Counted from the stretch's first letter, positions 10,305 to 21,317 are shown. The stretch: DNA of 64,000 bases from Bdellovibrionota bacterium (GCA_965207455.1 CBDBMJ010000003.1:288001-352000), one strand, 5' to 3'. Program-made: numbers and translations. Notes: generated by a model not told the origin, from the sequence alone.

Positions 10305-10333
10305 ATGACTTTTCCCTCCATAAAACATAATTT

Positions 10334-11287
10334 ATGGGGGCAATGAAAATACAAAAAACATGCCTCCTGGTTGCCCTTTGCTGTACCTTTTTCTCCACAC
10401 AGCTAAAAACAACTGCTCAAGCTAAAGTCATAGATCGCACCGCAGCCACTGTGGGGAATACCATCATCACCCTGTCCGATATTAATCGTTTTAAAAGAAA
10501 TCTAAAATCTCGCAAGAATTTGGACCCTTTCTTCTCACTTGGCATAACTCCAGGTAGTAGCAAACAAACTATTAAGTTTCTTATTCAAGAAGTTCTTATT
10601 ACAAAAAAATTTCCAGCCTCAGACAATGAAATAAAAGCAAGCATCAACGATATTCTTCAAAAAAATAATATCAACCGTACTACCTTGAAAAAATTTCTTA
10701 AGAAACAGGGTATTCGCTATGCAGATTATCGTCGGCTCGTAGGCGTAAACATCTCCAAGCGAAATTTCATCGAAAAAGAAATCAAACCACAAGCAAGGGT
10801 AACAGAGGATGAAGTAAGAAATTATTATTATACGGAACCCAAGTATGCAAAACATAGAAAGAAGCGCACTCTCCTGTTAAGCTATAAAATTTCCCAATTA
10901 AAAATCCCCAATAAGCGGTTAGTGAGAAAAGTGACTGCCAGACTCAAACGAGGCCAGAGCTTTCGTTCTGTGGCCACTGCTCTCAAAAACAAAGGCGTGG
11001 AGTTCGTCTCCTTAGGAACTCTGCGAGAGGACACATTATCAAAAACTATAAAGAAAGCCCTGCTTGGGCTACGAGTGGGAGAATCAACAAGGCCCATATC
11101 CATGGGTATTCGAGGTGCACGACAAATCCTGAAAATTGATAAGATCAATGCTCCCACAGATCCCGTGTTCGAGAGGTTAAAGAACCAAATTTATAAATTA
11201 TTTTACCAAAAAGCTATTGTAAGGCAGATTAAATCATGGACGGAGGTTGAAATGAGTCAAGCCTTTGTATATATTCCCAGACGCTAG
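10334..11287 (+). CDS. SurA-like chaperone with degenerate parvulin domain
   Basis: Signal peptide then 'IDRTAATVGNTIITLSD' SurA N-terminus; 'LRVGESTRPI'. Confidence 0.75.
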   Translation: MGAMKIQKTCLLVALCCTFFSTQLKTTAQAKVIDRTAATVGNTIITLSDINRFKRNLKSRKNLDPFFSLGITPGSSKQTIKFLIQEVLITKKFPASDNEIKASINDILQKNNINRTTLKKFLKKQGIRYADYRRLVGVNISKRNFIEKEIKPQARVTEDEVRNYYYTEPKYAKHRKKRTLLLSYKISQLKIPNKRLVRKVTARLKRGQSFRSVATALKNKGVEFVSLGTLREDTLSKTIKKALLGLRVGESTRPISMGIRGARQILKIDKINAPTDPVFERLKNQIYKLFYQKAIVRQIKSWTEVEMSQAFVYIPRR

Positions 11288-11365
11288 CTTCCCGTACTCT
11301 ATACTCCATGAAAATTCAATATTTTAATACTATGGGTGCACCTCTTCGTGTTAAATTAAGATTAG

Positions 11366-14356
11366 ATGGGAGCGGGAAAAAAATATAAGATTAGACTAAA
11401 GTCTGGAAAAATTCTCCGGCACCTTAGCGAAAGTAAAATAAAACTCCTTTTATCCAAGAATGAACTTTTAGGCTCTGAGCCAACTTGCTTAGAGTCAGGA
11501 GGAGAATGGGCTCCTTTCTCTTCCTTTCTTAACCTGGCAGACCTTGCTCTAAACGTACTGGACCAAGGCACAAAAACCACAGAAGATGTCATAAACCAAG
11601 GAGAAGCACAAAAAACAAAAAGTCTTGTTAAAGATCCACTTAAGCAAAAGCCTGATCAAAAGCCCGATCAAAAACGATCCACTCCAAAGGAAAGTATAGA
11701 AAAAGGAAAGCAAGAATTTATAGAAAAAGATATCTTTAAAGACGTACCTACGTTAGTAGATATAGTTCGTCCCTCTGATCCAGACTTAGAGGTAACAAAA
11801 ATCACAACCGCCAATGCCTCAGGCACAACAGCAGATTTCTTAGACAGCCGAACAAAAATAATGACGACCAATCAAAACCTGCCTCTATATCAATCAAAAG
11901 GTCAAAGAAAACCTGTTGCTGAAGCTATTGGTTTAACGGCAAAGAGGATGATATCTAAAACTACTTTCCTAGTACTTGCAGTCTCCCTCATGATAATTCT
12001 TTTGCTTGACGAAGGAGAGGAAAAAACTTTTTTAGAGGAATTAGAACCCAAAATATATTCATTTAAAGAAATTCCAATAAACACCCTCCCAAAAGTAAAA
12101 AAAATAAACAAGGCAATGAGTGGGAACTATCTGGAGAAAGGTATTATTCACTATGATAAGGAAACTCCCAGAAATTATATAAAGGCAGCCGTACTCCTAT
12201 CAAAAGCAGTAAACTTAAACCCAAAAAATATTATAGCTCGATCTTTACTTGCCAGAACCTATATTCAACTTCTTGAGATTCTACCAAGGAACGAAAAATT
12301 ACATACCAGCCTAGTAAACCTATTGGGGATGAAGCGAAAAACTCCATTGCCACGAATACCAGAATACCTCGCTGCCAAAGCAGAATTTCTCAGCATACTA
12401 AATCGAACCGATGAAGCCATAGAAGTAATAGAACCCACTGTAAAAAGATCCCCTAACCCGGAACTCCTATATGTACTCGCCAAACTATATAAGAAAAAAG
12501 GAGAAAAGAACCGAGCCATAAGCCTTATAACCAGAGCTATTAGATTAACACCCGAAGGAGAAAAAAGAGCAAGTTATGGCTTATTATACGCACAACTACT
12601 ATCCGGAAAAAACAGACTGCAATCTGCTATCAGGATTTTAAAAAACAATATAAAGAAAAATAATGAACACGGAGATTCCATATATGAGTTAGCTAAAACT
12701 TATTATAGGATTGGAAAAACAAGTGCTTCCTTAAAAGCTCTTTCCTTTATTATCAAAAATCCTCAATTTGTAGACGAACTAAAGTTAGCAAAAACATTTC
12801 TTCTGGCTGCAACAATACTAAGAGGGGAAAAAAAATATAAAAAATCCATGCAATTTGCTCTCGCCTCCAAGCATTTGCTTCCAGAAAATCAAGATGCCGA
12901 GGATATTATATTTGATATTCTTGCAAGGCGCTCCGGTTCTAAAAAACTATATAAATACATGAAATCTGCTAAAGAGAAAGAAAAGGCAAAAGAGTATCAA
13001 GAGGCTCTCAACCTATATACCCGAGCAAGGGAAATGCAATCTAGTAATCCTACTCCTTTATACTATCTGACAAAAATGTATGAAAAAACAGGTCGACGGA
13101 GCCAAGCCATAGAGTTTTATAAAAAATTAATCAAACTCCCTAAAAAAAAGAAAGAAGCTTTTTTTGACCTAGCTAAATTATATATAAATATTTTTGAATT
13201 AAACAAGGCAAAATCTTTGATGAGAGCTGTCCGGCATATACCGAGAACTGAACAAAGAGCTGCATACACACTCGGGAAAATAGCTCTACGGCGAAAGAGA
13301 ATACAAAAAGCGAGAAGCTTTTTCATACGAACATTGAATCTCAATAGCAGAATTCCTGAGCTGTATGTGGAAATGGGAAATCTTGAGTTGAAGAAAAAGT
13401 CTTATGGACTAGCTGAGTTTTATTACTCCATTGCTGTTCGTTACAGCTCCTTCCATCCAGAGGCAACTCTGGGTTTAGCTCTCAGCAGATTTTATCTGAG
13501 CTCTCCCACAGATGCTATACAGTTCTTGAAAAACAAACTATATACCAATCCTGACTCGCCAGAAATTTTAACAAATTTAGCAATTATTTATCTAAAATCT
13601 GGTGATAAGGTATCAGGAAAAATGTTCCTGCATCAAGCAATTAAAAATAGTCCCAGTTATGGTCGAGCTTATCGGCTCATGGGAGATTTTGTAAAAGAGG
13701 AGGGCGATGAAAGCTCAAACTTCGACAAAAAACAAAAAAGCTACCGCTTCGCCATGGCCAGTTACGAGGCCTACGTAAAACTAAACCCAAGAGAACCTGA
13801 TGGATTTATGGCCATCGCAGAACTATATTTCTTCATCCGTGATCTGGGAACTGCTGCAAAAAATTATCATAAGGTATTAGATATTGCTCCCAATTATCCA
13901 AATGTGCGAATACAGCTCGCGAAAATCGCCTTAAATGGAGGGAATACAAAAAAATCACTTAAATTCACAAAAGAAGAAATAAAACGAAATCCTAATAATT
14001 GGAGAGCCTACTTGGAACTTGGCAAAATTCATATAGTGAAAAAAGAATATCACCTTGCTCTAAAAAAACTTACGGTAGCTTTAAAGATAAAACCGAAAGA
14101 ACCGGAAATTATTATTTATCTTGGATATATTAACTACCTAGATAATAATTTTCCTATAGCTATTGCTTTGTTTGAGCGAGCTCGTACCATAGATCCAACC
14201 AGAGCGGACATTTACTGGAAGCTGGGGCTAGCTTATGAAAGAAATAAGAATCTTACAAAGGCAAGAACAGCTTATAAAAACTATCGTGGGTTAGCCAGTA
14301 CAGAAGAAGACGCCCAGCGAGCCGAGGCGAAGCTCAGGAGAATTGGTGGCAATTAA
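11366..14356 (+). CDS. Membrane-anchored TPR protein with N-terminal GYF-like domain
   Basis: N-terminal 'YKIRLKSGKI...GEWAP', one TM 'FLVLAVSLMIILLL', many TPR-like helical repeats. Confidence 0.8.
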   Translation: MGAGKKYKIRLKSGKILRHLSESKIKLLLSKNELLGSEPTCLESGGEWAPFSSFLNLADLALNVLDQGTKTTEDVINQGEAQKTKSLVKDPLKQKPDQKPDQKRSTPKESIEKGKQEFIEKDIFKDVPTLVDIVRPSDPDLEVTKITTANASGTTADFLDSRTKIMTTNQNLPLYQSKGQRKPVAEAIGLTAKRMISKTTFLVLAVSLMIILLLDEGEEKTFLEELEPKIYSFKEIPINTLPKVKKINKAMSGNYLEKGIIHYDKETPRNYIKAAVLLSKAVNLNPKNIIARSLLARTYIQLLEILPRNEKLHTSLVNLLGMKRKTPLPRIPEYLAAKAEFLSILNRTDEAIEVIEPTVKRSPNPELLYVLAKLYKKKGEKNRAISLITRAIRLTPEGEKRASYGLLYAQLLSGKNRLQSAIRILKNNIKKNNEHGDSIYELAKTYYRIGKTSASLKALSFIIKNPQFVDELKLAKTFLLAATILRGEKKYKKSMQFALASKHLLPENQDAEDIIFDILARRSGSKKLYKYMKSAKEKEKAKEYQEALNLYTRAREMQSSNPTPLYYLTKMYEKTGRRSQAIEFYKKLIKLPKKKKEAFFDLAKLYINIFELNKAKSLMRAVRHIPRTEQRAAYTLGKIALRRKRIQKARSFFIRTLNLNSRIPELYVEMGNLELKKKSYGLAEFYYSIAVRYSSFHPEATLGLALSRFYLSSPTDAIQFLKNKLYTNPDSPEILTNLAIIYLKSGDKVSGKMFLHQAIKNSPSYGRAYRLMGDFVKEEGDESSNFDKKQKSYRFAMASYEAYVKLNPREPDGFMAIAELYFFIRDLGTAAKNYHKVLDIAPNYPNVRIQLAKIALNGGNTKKSLKFTKEEIKRNPNNWRAYLELGKIHIVKKEYHLALKKLTVALKIKPKEPEIIIYLGYINYLDNNFPIAIALFERARTIDPTRADIYWKLGLAYERNKNLTKARTAYKNYRGLASTEEDAQRAEAKLRRIGGN

Positions 14357-14362
14357 GCCGGG

Positions 14363-15643
14363 GTGCATATGCTAGATCTACGATGGATTATAGATAATGA
14401 AGATTTTGTAAAAAAGTGTCTAACTATGCGAAACCATAATTCAAAAGTAATAGACCTTGTTGTCGAAAAAGATAGGGAACGCAGAGTTTTTATTATCGAA
14501 AAAGAAACTCTGTCTGCTAGAAGAAATTCCATTGCAAAAGAGATAGCAACAAAGAAAAAAAATAAAGAAAACTCAGAATCTCTCTCAAAAGAATCTAAAG
14601 AGAATAAGGAAAAAATTTCCAGCATAGAGAGCCAACTGGAAATAGTAGAAAATATTATTTATGACCACCTATTAAGAATACCCAATATTTTAGACAAATC
14701 CGTGCCCTTGGGCAAAGATGAATCGGACAATGTGGAAATAAGTCAAAATGGAATACCTAAAAAATTTCAGTTTGAGGCAAAAAGTCACCATGAACTGGGG
14801 GAAAATCTTGGCATTATAGATTTTAAGCGTTCTAGTCGAATCGTTGGATCCAGGTTTTCCACGCTCATAGGCAAGGGTGCACGTTTAAACCGTGCTATCC
14901 GGGAGTTTATGCTGGACTTGCAAACTACAACACATGGCTATACTGAGATGCTTCCGCCGTTCATTGCTAATTCAAGCTCTCTTGTGGGAACAAGTCAATT
15001 GCCTAAATTTCATGAAGATCAGTTCAAGCTAGAGGATACGGATTACTATCTTATTCCAACGGGCGAAGTGCCTGTAACGAACTTCCACCGGGAAGAAATA
15101 CTACCAGAAACAGATCTTCCTATTCGATATGTGGCCTATACACCCTGCTTCCGTAAAGAGGCAGGCAGTTACGGTAAGGACACTCGAGGTATGATGCGAC
15201 AACACCAATTTGAAAAAGTAGAGCTAGTTATGTTTAGTCACCCAAGCACGTCGGAAGAAATGCACGAGATGCTAGTGGGGCATGCGGAAGAAGTTCTTAT
15301 CCAACTGGAGCTTCCCTACAGAAAGGTTCGTATCTGCTCTGGCGATATCGGATTTGGTGGAGCAAAACAATACGACCTGGAAGTCTGGCTACCAGAACAA
15401 AAACAATATAGAGAAATATCTTCCTGCTCCAATTTTTTTGATTACCAAGCTAGGCGAGCAAAGATACGTTTTCGACCACAGGAGGGGGGCAAACCAAAAT
15501 TTGTTCACACTTTAAATGGTTCAGGTGGTGCCATAGGAAGAACCTTTCTAGCTATTTTAGAAAACTACCAGCAGGAGGACGGAAGCATACTAGTTCCCAA
15601 AATTCTGCAAAAATATACGAACTTTAGCTCAATTGATAGATAG
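14363..15643 (+). CDS. serS: Serine-tRNA ligase
   Basis: 'MLDLRWI', 'LIPTGEVP', 'FRKEAGSYGKDTRG', 'EISSCSN', 'HTLNGSG'. Confidence 0.98.
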   Translation: MHMLDLRWIIDNEDFVKKCLTMRNHNSKVIDLVVEKDRERRVFIIEKETLSARRNSIAKEIATKKKNKENSESLSKESKENKEKISSIESQLEIVENIIYDHLLRIPNILDKSVPLGKDESDNVEISQNGIPKKFQFEAKSHHELGENLGIIDFKRSSRIVGSRFSTLIGKGARLNRAIREFMLDLQTTTHGYTEMLPPFIANSSSLVGTSQLPKFHEDQFKLEDTDYYLIPTGEVPVTNFHREEILPETDLPIRYVAYTPCFRKEAGSYGKDTRGMMRQHQFEKVELVMFSHPSTSEEMHEMLVGHAEEVLIQLELPYRKVRICSGDIGFGGAKQYDLEVWLPEQKQYREISSCSNFFDYQARRAKIRFRPQEGGKPKFVHTLNGSGGAIGRTFLAILENYQQEDGSILVPKILQKYTNFSSIDR

Positions 15644-15783
15644 GGGACTTTCCTTATTATTAATTAACTACATATGACGCGGCTTATCAAGACTAAATTA
15701 TAACCGTCTTACTCGGTATTTTTTTGTTAAAAAAAATTAAAAAATAGCTTTTATTTGAGCGCAGTGCGGTGTAACATTGCGCA

Positions 15784-18700
15784 ATGTATTATTCAGATGA
15801 GCATAGGCGAATGAAAATAAATCCGACAAAATTAATTCTTTATAGTGCTCTACTGTCCTTATTGTCCCTCACCTCCTGTAAAAGCGACACCCCCGACCCC
15901 CCTCTAAAACTTATGACACAAAATCTGTATTTAGGGGCAAGCCTGCATCCCCTATTAAGCGACCCAGCCGGCCCAGCCGACCCAACAGCAGTAGCAAAGA
16001 TACTAAAAGCAATGGAGAAAACAAATTTTCCAGCAAGAGCACGGGCACTTGCAAAGATAATCCATAGCACTCGCCCAAATGTATTGGCTCTTCAGGAAGT
16101 CAGTCACCTTCGTATTGTAGATGCTGCTGGCAAAACCACAATGAATGTGGATTTCCTCAGTATTTTACTTAATGAACTTAAAAACCTTGGCATGGAATAT
16201 ACAGTTGCAGCCAATGCCTTAGGCCCCGACATTATGGTTCCTCTATTTATAAGTGGTGCCTTTACTGCTTCAGTTCATTACAAAGGCTACAATACTATTT
16301 TGATTGATTCTAGTCTAACGGCAAGCGGAAGCAAAATAAAGAACTACGACAAACAACAGAGCACTCCCATTGGATTAACATTTACTAGAAACTACGTGAA
16401 AGTTACTCTATCAAAAATTCCAAACCCATGGGAGTTGGAAGAGATAAATGATATTGTTATTGTAAACACACATTTAGAGGCTGGATCCAAAGAAGTACAA
16501 GAAGCACAAGCTAGTGAACTTGTGAATATGCTTGGTACTATTGATGAGCCTATCTTTCTTCTAGGAGATATCAATAGCGCCGCAAACAATGTAGTAAAGA
16601 AAAATCAAACAAACAGTTACCCTCTTTTGATCAGTTCTTCTTTTAAAGACCCATACCTCGAACTTAACCCCACTGCCCCCCCTATTAGCACTTGTTGTTA
16701 TGACGAGCATTTATCTTCCAACAAATTTGTGGGAGAAGGACGCATTGACCACATTCTATATAAAAACAATTCTTTTTCACAAGCAAGACCTACTCGTTTT
16801 TCCCTAACTGGAAACAAACTGGGAGACAAGACAATAGTCAGCGATGAAGCGAAAGAACTCAGCCTGTGGCCATCGGATCATCTCGGCGTTGTGGTTGAAT
16901 TTACGAACGTTTTTTCAACTCTTATACAAGAAAAAACAGACCTCAGTCCACCCCCTCCTCCACCATCAGCGCCTAATACCGATCCAGAACCAACTACCAG
17001 TCCAGAGCCGATGATCGATACACCTCCAACCATACAAGTTCCTAAATTAGAGTTAACCACCACAGTAACGACAGATTCCCTTCCCCATTTTCGTACAACA
17101 ACAAGCCGTAATAATCCAGGAACAGTTTTTCTTTATACATCAGAAGACTGTACGGGCAATATCGCTTCTAAAAAATTTTTTATAGGCGATGCGGGAACAG
17201 TTGTCTCTTTCACATCCTTCGTATACAACCCAGGCACATACGATTTTTCAGCAAGAATTTGGCGAGGATTTGAAGAAGACCCCTACACACCTTGTTCCAA
17301 CAGTGTTCGCTATACCTATGACCCACCTCCTGTACCCTTGAATGCTCCAAAATTAACTGGATTTGACCTTAGCAGCACACCATCACAGTACCCTAGTCCT
17401 AGATTTCTTGTAACCACAACAAATGACAGGAAAGGTGAGGCTCTTCTGTATCAGTCAGAGGATTGTACAGGTGAGAGCATTTCCAGTAAAACTTTTGACG
17501 GGCCTAAGAATACATTTCTAACGTTCACATCGTTAATCCTTGAACCGGGTATATATAATTTTTCAACGGAAGTTCAGCGAGGTAGTGCAAAAACACCTTG
17601 CTCCAACAGTGTTCATTACCTCTACCATTCCATTACTGCCCCTAAATTAATACTAGCCCCCGGCTCTTCATCATCGAAAACCATACCCAGATTTCTTATG
17701 ACAACAACAAATGATGGTAAAGGTGAAGCTCTTCTTTATCAGTCAGAGGATTGTACGGGTGAGAGCATTTCTCAATCCTTCACAGGTGATGCAGGCACTG
17801 TGGTAACTCTTCAATCCCTTGCACTGGATCCAGGGACTCATACTTTTTCAGTGCAAGTACAACGAAGCAGCGATCAAACACCCTGTTCTAATAATGCTAA
17901 TTACAGCTACTCCCCTTTAAATGCTCCATTACTTGCACTGGATGCCGACCCAATATCATTGAACCCCAATCCTAGCTTTCAGGTAACCACAACAAATGAT
18001 GGAGAAGGAAGAGCCTTCCTTTACAAATCAGAAAATTGCACAGGTGAGAGCATTTCTAATAAAGTTTTCACTGACAATAGTGGTACCATTGTCACTCTTA
18101 TATCTCCGGCGCTTGAGTACGGAGAACATATTTTTTCAGTACAAGTCCAGCGAGGTGATGACAAAACACCCTGTTCTAATAATGTTAATTACATGCGCCC
18201 ACTCCTAAATGCCCCCACATTGTCATTACTTTACAACGGGAATCCATCGGATTCTCCAATAGATAGTACTTTTAACTTTCTTGTGACCACAACAAATGAT
18301 GGTAGAGGCGAAGCCTTTCTTTATCAGTCAGCAAATTGTAGTGGTAAGAGCATCCACTCCTTCACAACTAATAGTGAAACAGATATAAACTTCAAAATTC
18401 CAGAACCCGATCCAGGACGCCATACTTTTTCAATGCGAATCCAGCAAGATGGTAATTGGACATCTTGTTCTAATAATGTCAGCCAGTACGTCAACGGCGA
18501 TATAAACACTCCAGATTTGTATCTTCATCTTGGATACAGAAAATCTTCATATAGCCTAAATTATCCTTTATTTCTTATTCAATTAAATAATATCTCCAAT
18601 GGAAATATCTTTCTTTATAAATCAGAAAACTGTGAAGGTGAGATTGTCGCAACAAGAACCATTATCCCTGGTTTCGATAGTACAATGAATATTAAATCTC

Positions 18701-20784
18701 CAGCACTTGAGCCTGGTACCCATACTTTTTCGGTAAACATTCAACAAGGTAGTGCTGGAAATTACACATACACACCGTGCTCTAATAAAAAAAATTATGT
18801 TTTCCTTTTCTTAAATGCTCCCGAGTTTACATTGGACGCTGTTAGTAGTTCGCCATCAGCAAATTCCAAACCTAGCTTTCTTATAACTACAACAAACATC
18901 GATAACGGAAGAGCCTTTCTTTATCAATCAGCAGATTGTAGTGGAGAAGGAATTTCCAAAAACTTTACTGGTGGTTGGGGGAAAGATATAAGTTTCAAAT
19001 CCTTAGAACTCAATCCAGGTACTCATATTTTCTCCGCACGAGTCCAGCGAGCCCGTGGTTGGACTTTTTGTTCTGATCCACTTACCTATACTTACCAACC
19101 CCTAACTCCCCCAGTGCTCGCACTGCCTCCTGACTCCAACCCCTCATCGTTGGAAACCACACCCAGCTTTCTTGTAACCACAACAAATGATGGCATAGGA
19201 GAGGCATTTCTTTACAAGTCAGCAAATTGTAAAGGGGAGAGTATTTCCAGTAAAATTTTTGCTGGCAATACGAATACGGATATAACCCTTAGATCCTCAG
19301 AGCTTACCCCAGGCACCCATACCTTTTCTGTCAAAATTCAGCGAGGAAATTCTTGGACAGCTTGTTCCAATTCTTTCACTTATACCCGTGTTGTTCCTGT
19401 TGCCACTCCACCGACGTTAGCACTGGTTTCTGGATCCACATCAATGTCACTGGACGCTACTCCTAGTTTTCTCCTTACAACAACAAATGATGGGCAAGGA
19501 AGGGCTTTTTTATACAAGTCGGCAGATTGTAGCGGCGATACTGTTTCCAGCCGAACTTTTTTCGGTAATACGAATACCGTTCTTACTCTTCGATCCTCAG
19601 AACTTACTCGTGGTGACTATAAATTCTCAGTGCAAGTGCAACGAGCTAGCGTGAAAACACCTTGCTCTAATAGTGTTCCCTATACCTATACGCCCTCCCC
19701 CTTTAAAGCTCCAAACCTAAACCTGACCAATAGTTCACCATCCAGCACAAAGAATACCCCTAAGTTTATTATTACAGCAAAATACAACAAAGAATGGGAT
19801 GGAGAAGTCTTTCTTTATCAATCACCAGACTGCTCCGGTGAGAGTGTTTCTAACCGAACTTTTACAGGCGGTGGCGTGGACACCGATGTGAGTCTCAGAT
19901 CCCCCAAACTTACCCTTGGTGCCTATGCTTTCTCAACAAGGGTACAATGGCGTGGCATTCAGACATCTTGCTCCAATAGTGTAGGCTATACCCATAGTAT
20001 TCCCAGACGATGGTGGCAAAGCAATATCTTAGGTCTCAATATGAAAATTAGTGACTACTTTAGCGACAACTTGGAATCCACAAAAGGCAACAGACCATAC
20101 AATCTCTTTGAACAGATGATGATAGCTTGGAATGAATCAAGCCCTAAATATACTTTCTTTAATATCCCCGATTTTCCAAGTAATGCTAATGATCATGCCA
20201 CTCCCAACCTTCAATACAGTAATGTGAAAAATTATAAAGATAATGTAATGGGGATTTATGCCCATGAAACTTGGTTTAACTATGTGGGTAGTGAGTCAAC
20301 CATCGCTGTAACCCTGTTCTTTTTTAATAGAAAAAATATTGGCACTACTAATGAATATAAAGAGTACACACATGCGGATATTCTTTTTAACTACCGAGAC
20401 CATAAATTTACTTTTAACAAATCCGGTCCAGCTTACTTGAATATTACATCTGTCCTACTCCATGAGCTAGGACATGTTATTGGACTCGATCATCCACCAA
20501 AAGGAAATATTGAAGAAACAATTATGAGTGAAGACTTCCAAAAATTCCTTTCCACATCTCCAAAACAAACGCTTAGCCCTTACGATATTAATTCTGTTCT
20601 CCAGCACTACGATGATAATCCATTACAAATCACCACATCCTCCCAACAACAACGCTCATTTATACAAAAAAAGGAAGGATTTGGAATCATTCAACTCCAA
20701 AACAACGGAGATTGCCTCTACTATGAAAATGGAAAATTAATGCATAAGCATTCTGTTGATCTAAATCCTCATAAGAAAAAGTAG
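15784..20784 (+). CDS. Large lipoprotein: EEP (endonuclease/exonuclease/phosphatase) domain, Pro-rich linker, ten Cys-paired repeats, matrixin-like metalloprotease
   Basis: Lipobox 'LLSLTSC' (likely start ATG 15811); EEP motifs 'TQNLY', 'LQEV', 'NTHL', 'GDIN', 'RIDHI', 'SDH'; metzincin 'HELGHVIGLDH' and Met-turn 'TIMS'. Confidence 0.85.
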   Translation: MYYSDEHRRMKINPTKLILYSALLSLLSLTSCKSDTPDPPLKLMTQNLYLGASLHPLLSDPAGPADPTAVAKILKAMEKTNFPARARALAKIIHSTRPNVLALQEVSHLRIVDAAGKTTMNVDFLSILLNELKNLGMEYTVAANALGPDIMVPLFISGAFTASVHYKGYNTILIDSSLTASGSKIKNYDKQQSTPIGLTFTRNYVKVTLSKIPNPWELEEINDIVIVNTHLEAGSKEVQEAQASELVNMLGTIDEPIFLLGDINSAANNVVKKNQTNSYPLLISSSFKDPYLELNPTAPPISTCCYDEHLSSNKFVGEGRIDHILYKNNSFSQARPTRFSLTGNKLGDKTIVSDEAKELSLWPSDHLGVVVEFTNVFSTLIQEKTDLSPPPPPPSAPNTDPEPTTSPEPMIDTPPTIQVPKLELTTTVTTDSLPHFRTTTSRNNPGTVFLYTSEDCTGNIASKKFFIGDAGTVVSFTSFVYNPGTYDFSARIWRGFEEDPYTPCSNSVRYTYDPPPVPLNAPKLTGFDLSSTPSQYPSPRFLVTTTNDRKGEALLYQSEDCTGESISSKTFDGPKNTFLTFTSLILEPGIYNFSTEVQRGSAKTPCSNSVHYLYHSITAPKLILAPGSSSSKTIPRFLMTTTNDGKGEALLYQSEDCTGESISQSFTGDAGTVVTLQSLALDPGTHTFSVQVQRSSDQTPCSNNANYSYSPLNAPLLALDADPISLNPNPSFQVTTTNDGEGRAFLYKSENCTGESISNKVFTDNSGTIVTLISPALEYGEHIFSVQVQRGDDKTPCSNNVNYMRPLLNAPTLSLLYNGNPSDSPIDSTFNFLVTTTNDGRGEAFLYQSANCSGKSIHSFTTNSETDINFKIPEPDPGRHTFSMRIQQDGNWTSCSNNVSQYVNGDINTPDLYLHLGYRKSSYSLNYPLFLIQLNNISNGNIFLYKSENCEGEIVATRTIIPGFDSTMNIKSPALEPGTHTFSVNIQQGSAGNYTYTPCSNKKNYVFLFLNAPEFTLDAVSSSPSANSKPSFLITTTNIDNGRAFLYQSADCSGEGISKNFTGGWGKDISFKSLELNPGTHIFSARVQRARGWTFCSDPLTYTYQPLTPPVLALPPDSNPSSLETTPSFLVTTTNDGIGEAFLYKSANCKGESISSKIFAGNTNTDITLRSSELTPGTHTFSVKIQRGNSWTACSNSFTYTRVVPVATPPTLALVSGSTSMSLDATPSFLLTTTNDGQGRAFLYKSADCSGDTVSSRTFFGNTNTVLTLRSSELTRGDYKFSVQVQRASVKTPCSNSVPYTYTPSPFKAPNLNLTNSSPSSTKNTPKFIITAKYNKEWDGEVFLYQSPDCSGESVSNRTFTGGGVDTDVSLRSPKLTLGAYAFSTRVQWRGIQTSCSNSVGYTHSIPRRWWQSNILGLNMKISDYFSDNLESTKGNRPYNLFEQMMIAWNESSPKYTFFNIPDFPSNANDHATPNLQYSNVKNYKDNVMGIYAHETWFNYVGSESTIAVTLFFFNRKNIGTTNEYKEYTHADILFNYRDHKFTFNKSGPAYLNITSVLLHELGHVIGLDHPPKGNIEETIMSEDFQKFLSTSPKQTLSPYDINSVLQHYDDNPLQITTSSQQQRSFIQKKEGFGIIQLQNNGDCLYYENGKLMHKHSVDLNPHKKK
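17035..19995 (+). repeat. Ten tandem ~95-105 aa beta-rich (Ig-like) coding repeats
   Basis: Consensus 'aPxL...PxF.vTTTNDG.G.aFLY.S.dC.G...L.pG.htFS..vQrg...T.CSn...Y' recurs ten times, each with two Cys. Confidence 0.85.
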
Positions 20785-20807
20785 AGAAAAGAAATCAGAG
20801 CCACAAT

Positions 20808-21266
20808 TTAACCAAAATTCTCAATAAAGCTTCTTATATTTTTCAAGTGCTTCTTTATACTTCTTGTCGATCTTGGAGCAATAAAAATTGTATCGTCCCC
20901 TGCCACTGTTCCAACAATCTCAGCGTTACAATAGTGGTCTATGAACCCGGCTAAAAACATAGCAGAGCCGGGCTTCGTCTTAATTACAATTTGACTTTCA
21001 TTGCACTCCATACCTATCATCAAATCAACTAAGGATCTAGAATAACTAGGTCTTACCTCCTGAAGTCGTATCTCATAGCGAACCTTACTTTTCCCCATCA
21101 CCTTGCTTGCACCTATATTTTTTAGTGCTCTTGAAACCGTGGACTGGGTCACCTCAAATCCCTTTTTATTGAGGTATATGCATATATCTTTTTGATTGCC
21201 ATCAAAGCCGCTTCCCACAAGCCCTCGCAACACTTCTAACATCTTTCTTTTCTTTCTAATATCCAC
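20808..21266 (-). CDS. argR: Arginine repressor
   Basis: 'VTQSTVSRAL', 'IKTKPGSA', 'GTVAGDDTIF'; GTG at 21266 preceded by AGGAG. Confidence 0.93.
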   Translation of the reverse strand: MDIRKKRKMLEVLRGLVGSGFDGNQKDICIYLNKKGFEVTQSTVSRALKNIGASKVMGKSKVRYEIRLQEVRPSYSRSLVDLMIGMECNESQIVIKTKPGSAMFLAGFIDHYCNAEIVGTVAGDDTIFIAPRSTRSIKKHLKNIRSFIENFG

Positions 21267-21275
21267 GCTCACTCC

Positions 21276-21317
21276 TGCATTATGCATATTTATGCATAAT
21301 AATGAATATTATGCAAG
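21276..21317. promoter_or_regulatory. ARG box operator(s) in the argR/argG divergent promoter
   Basis: TATGCATATTTATGCATA (21281-21298) matches the TGMAT-N4-ATKCA palindrome; a second imperfect box follows (TAATGAATATTATGCAAG). Confidence 0.75.
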
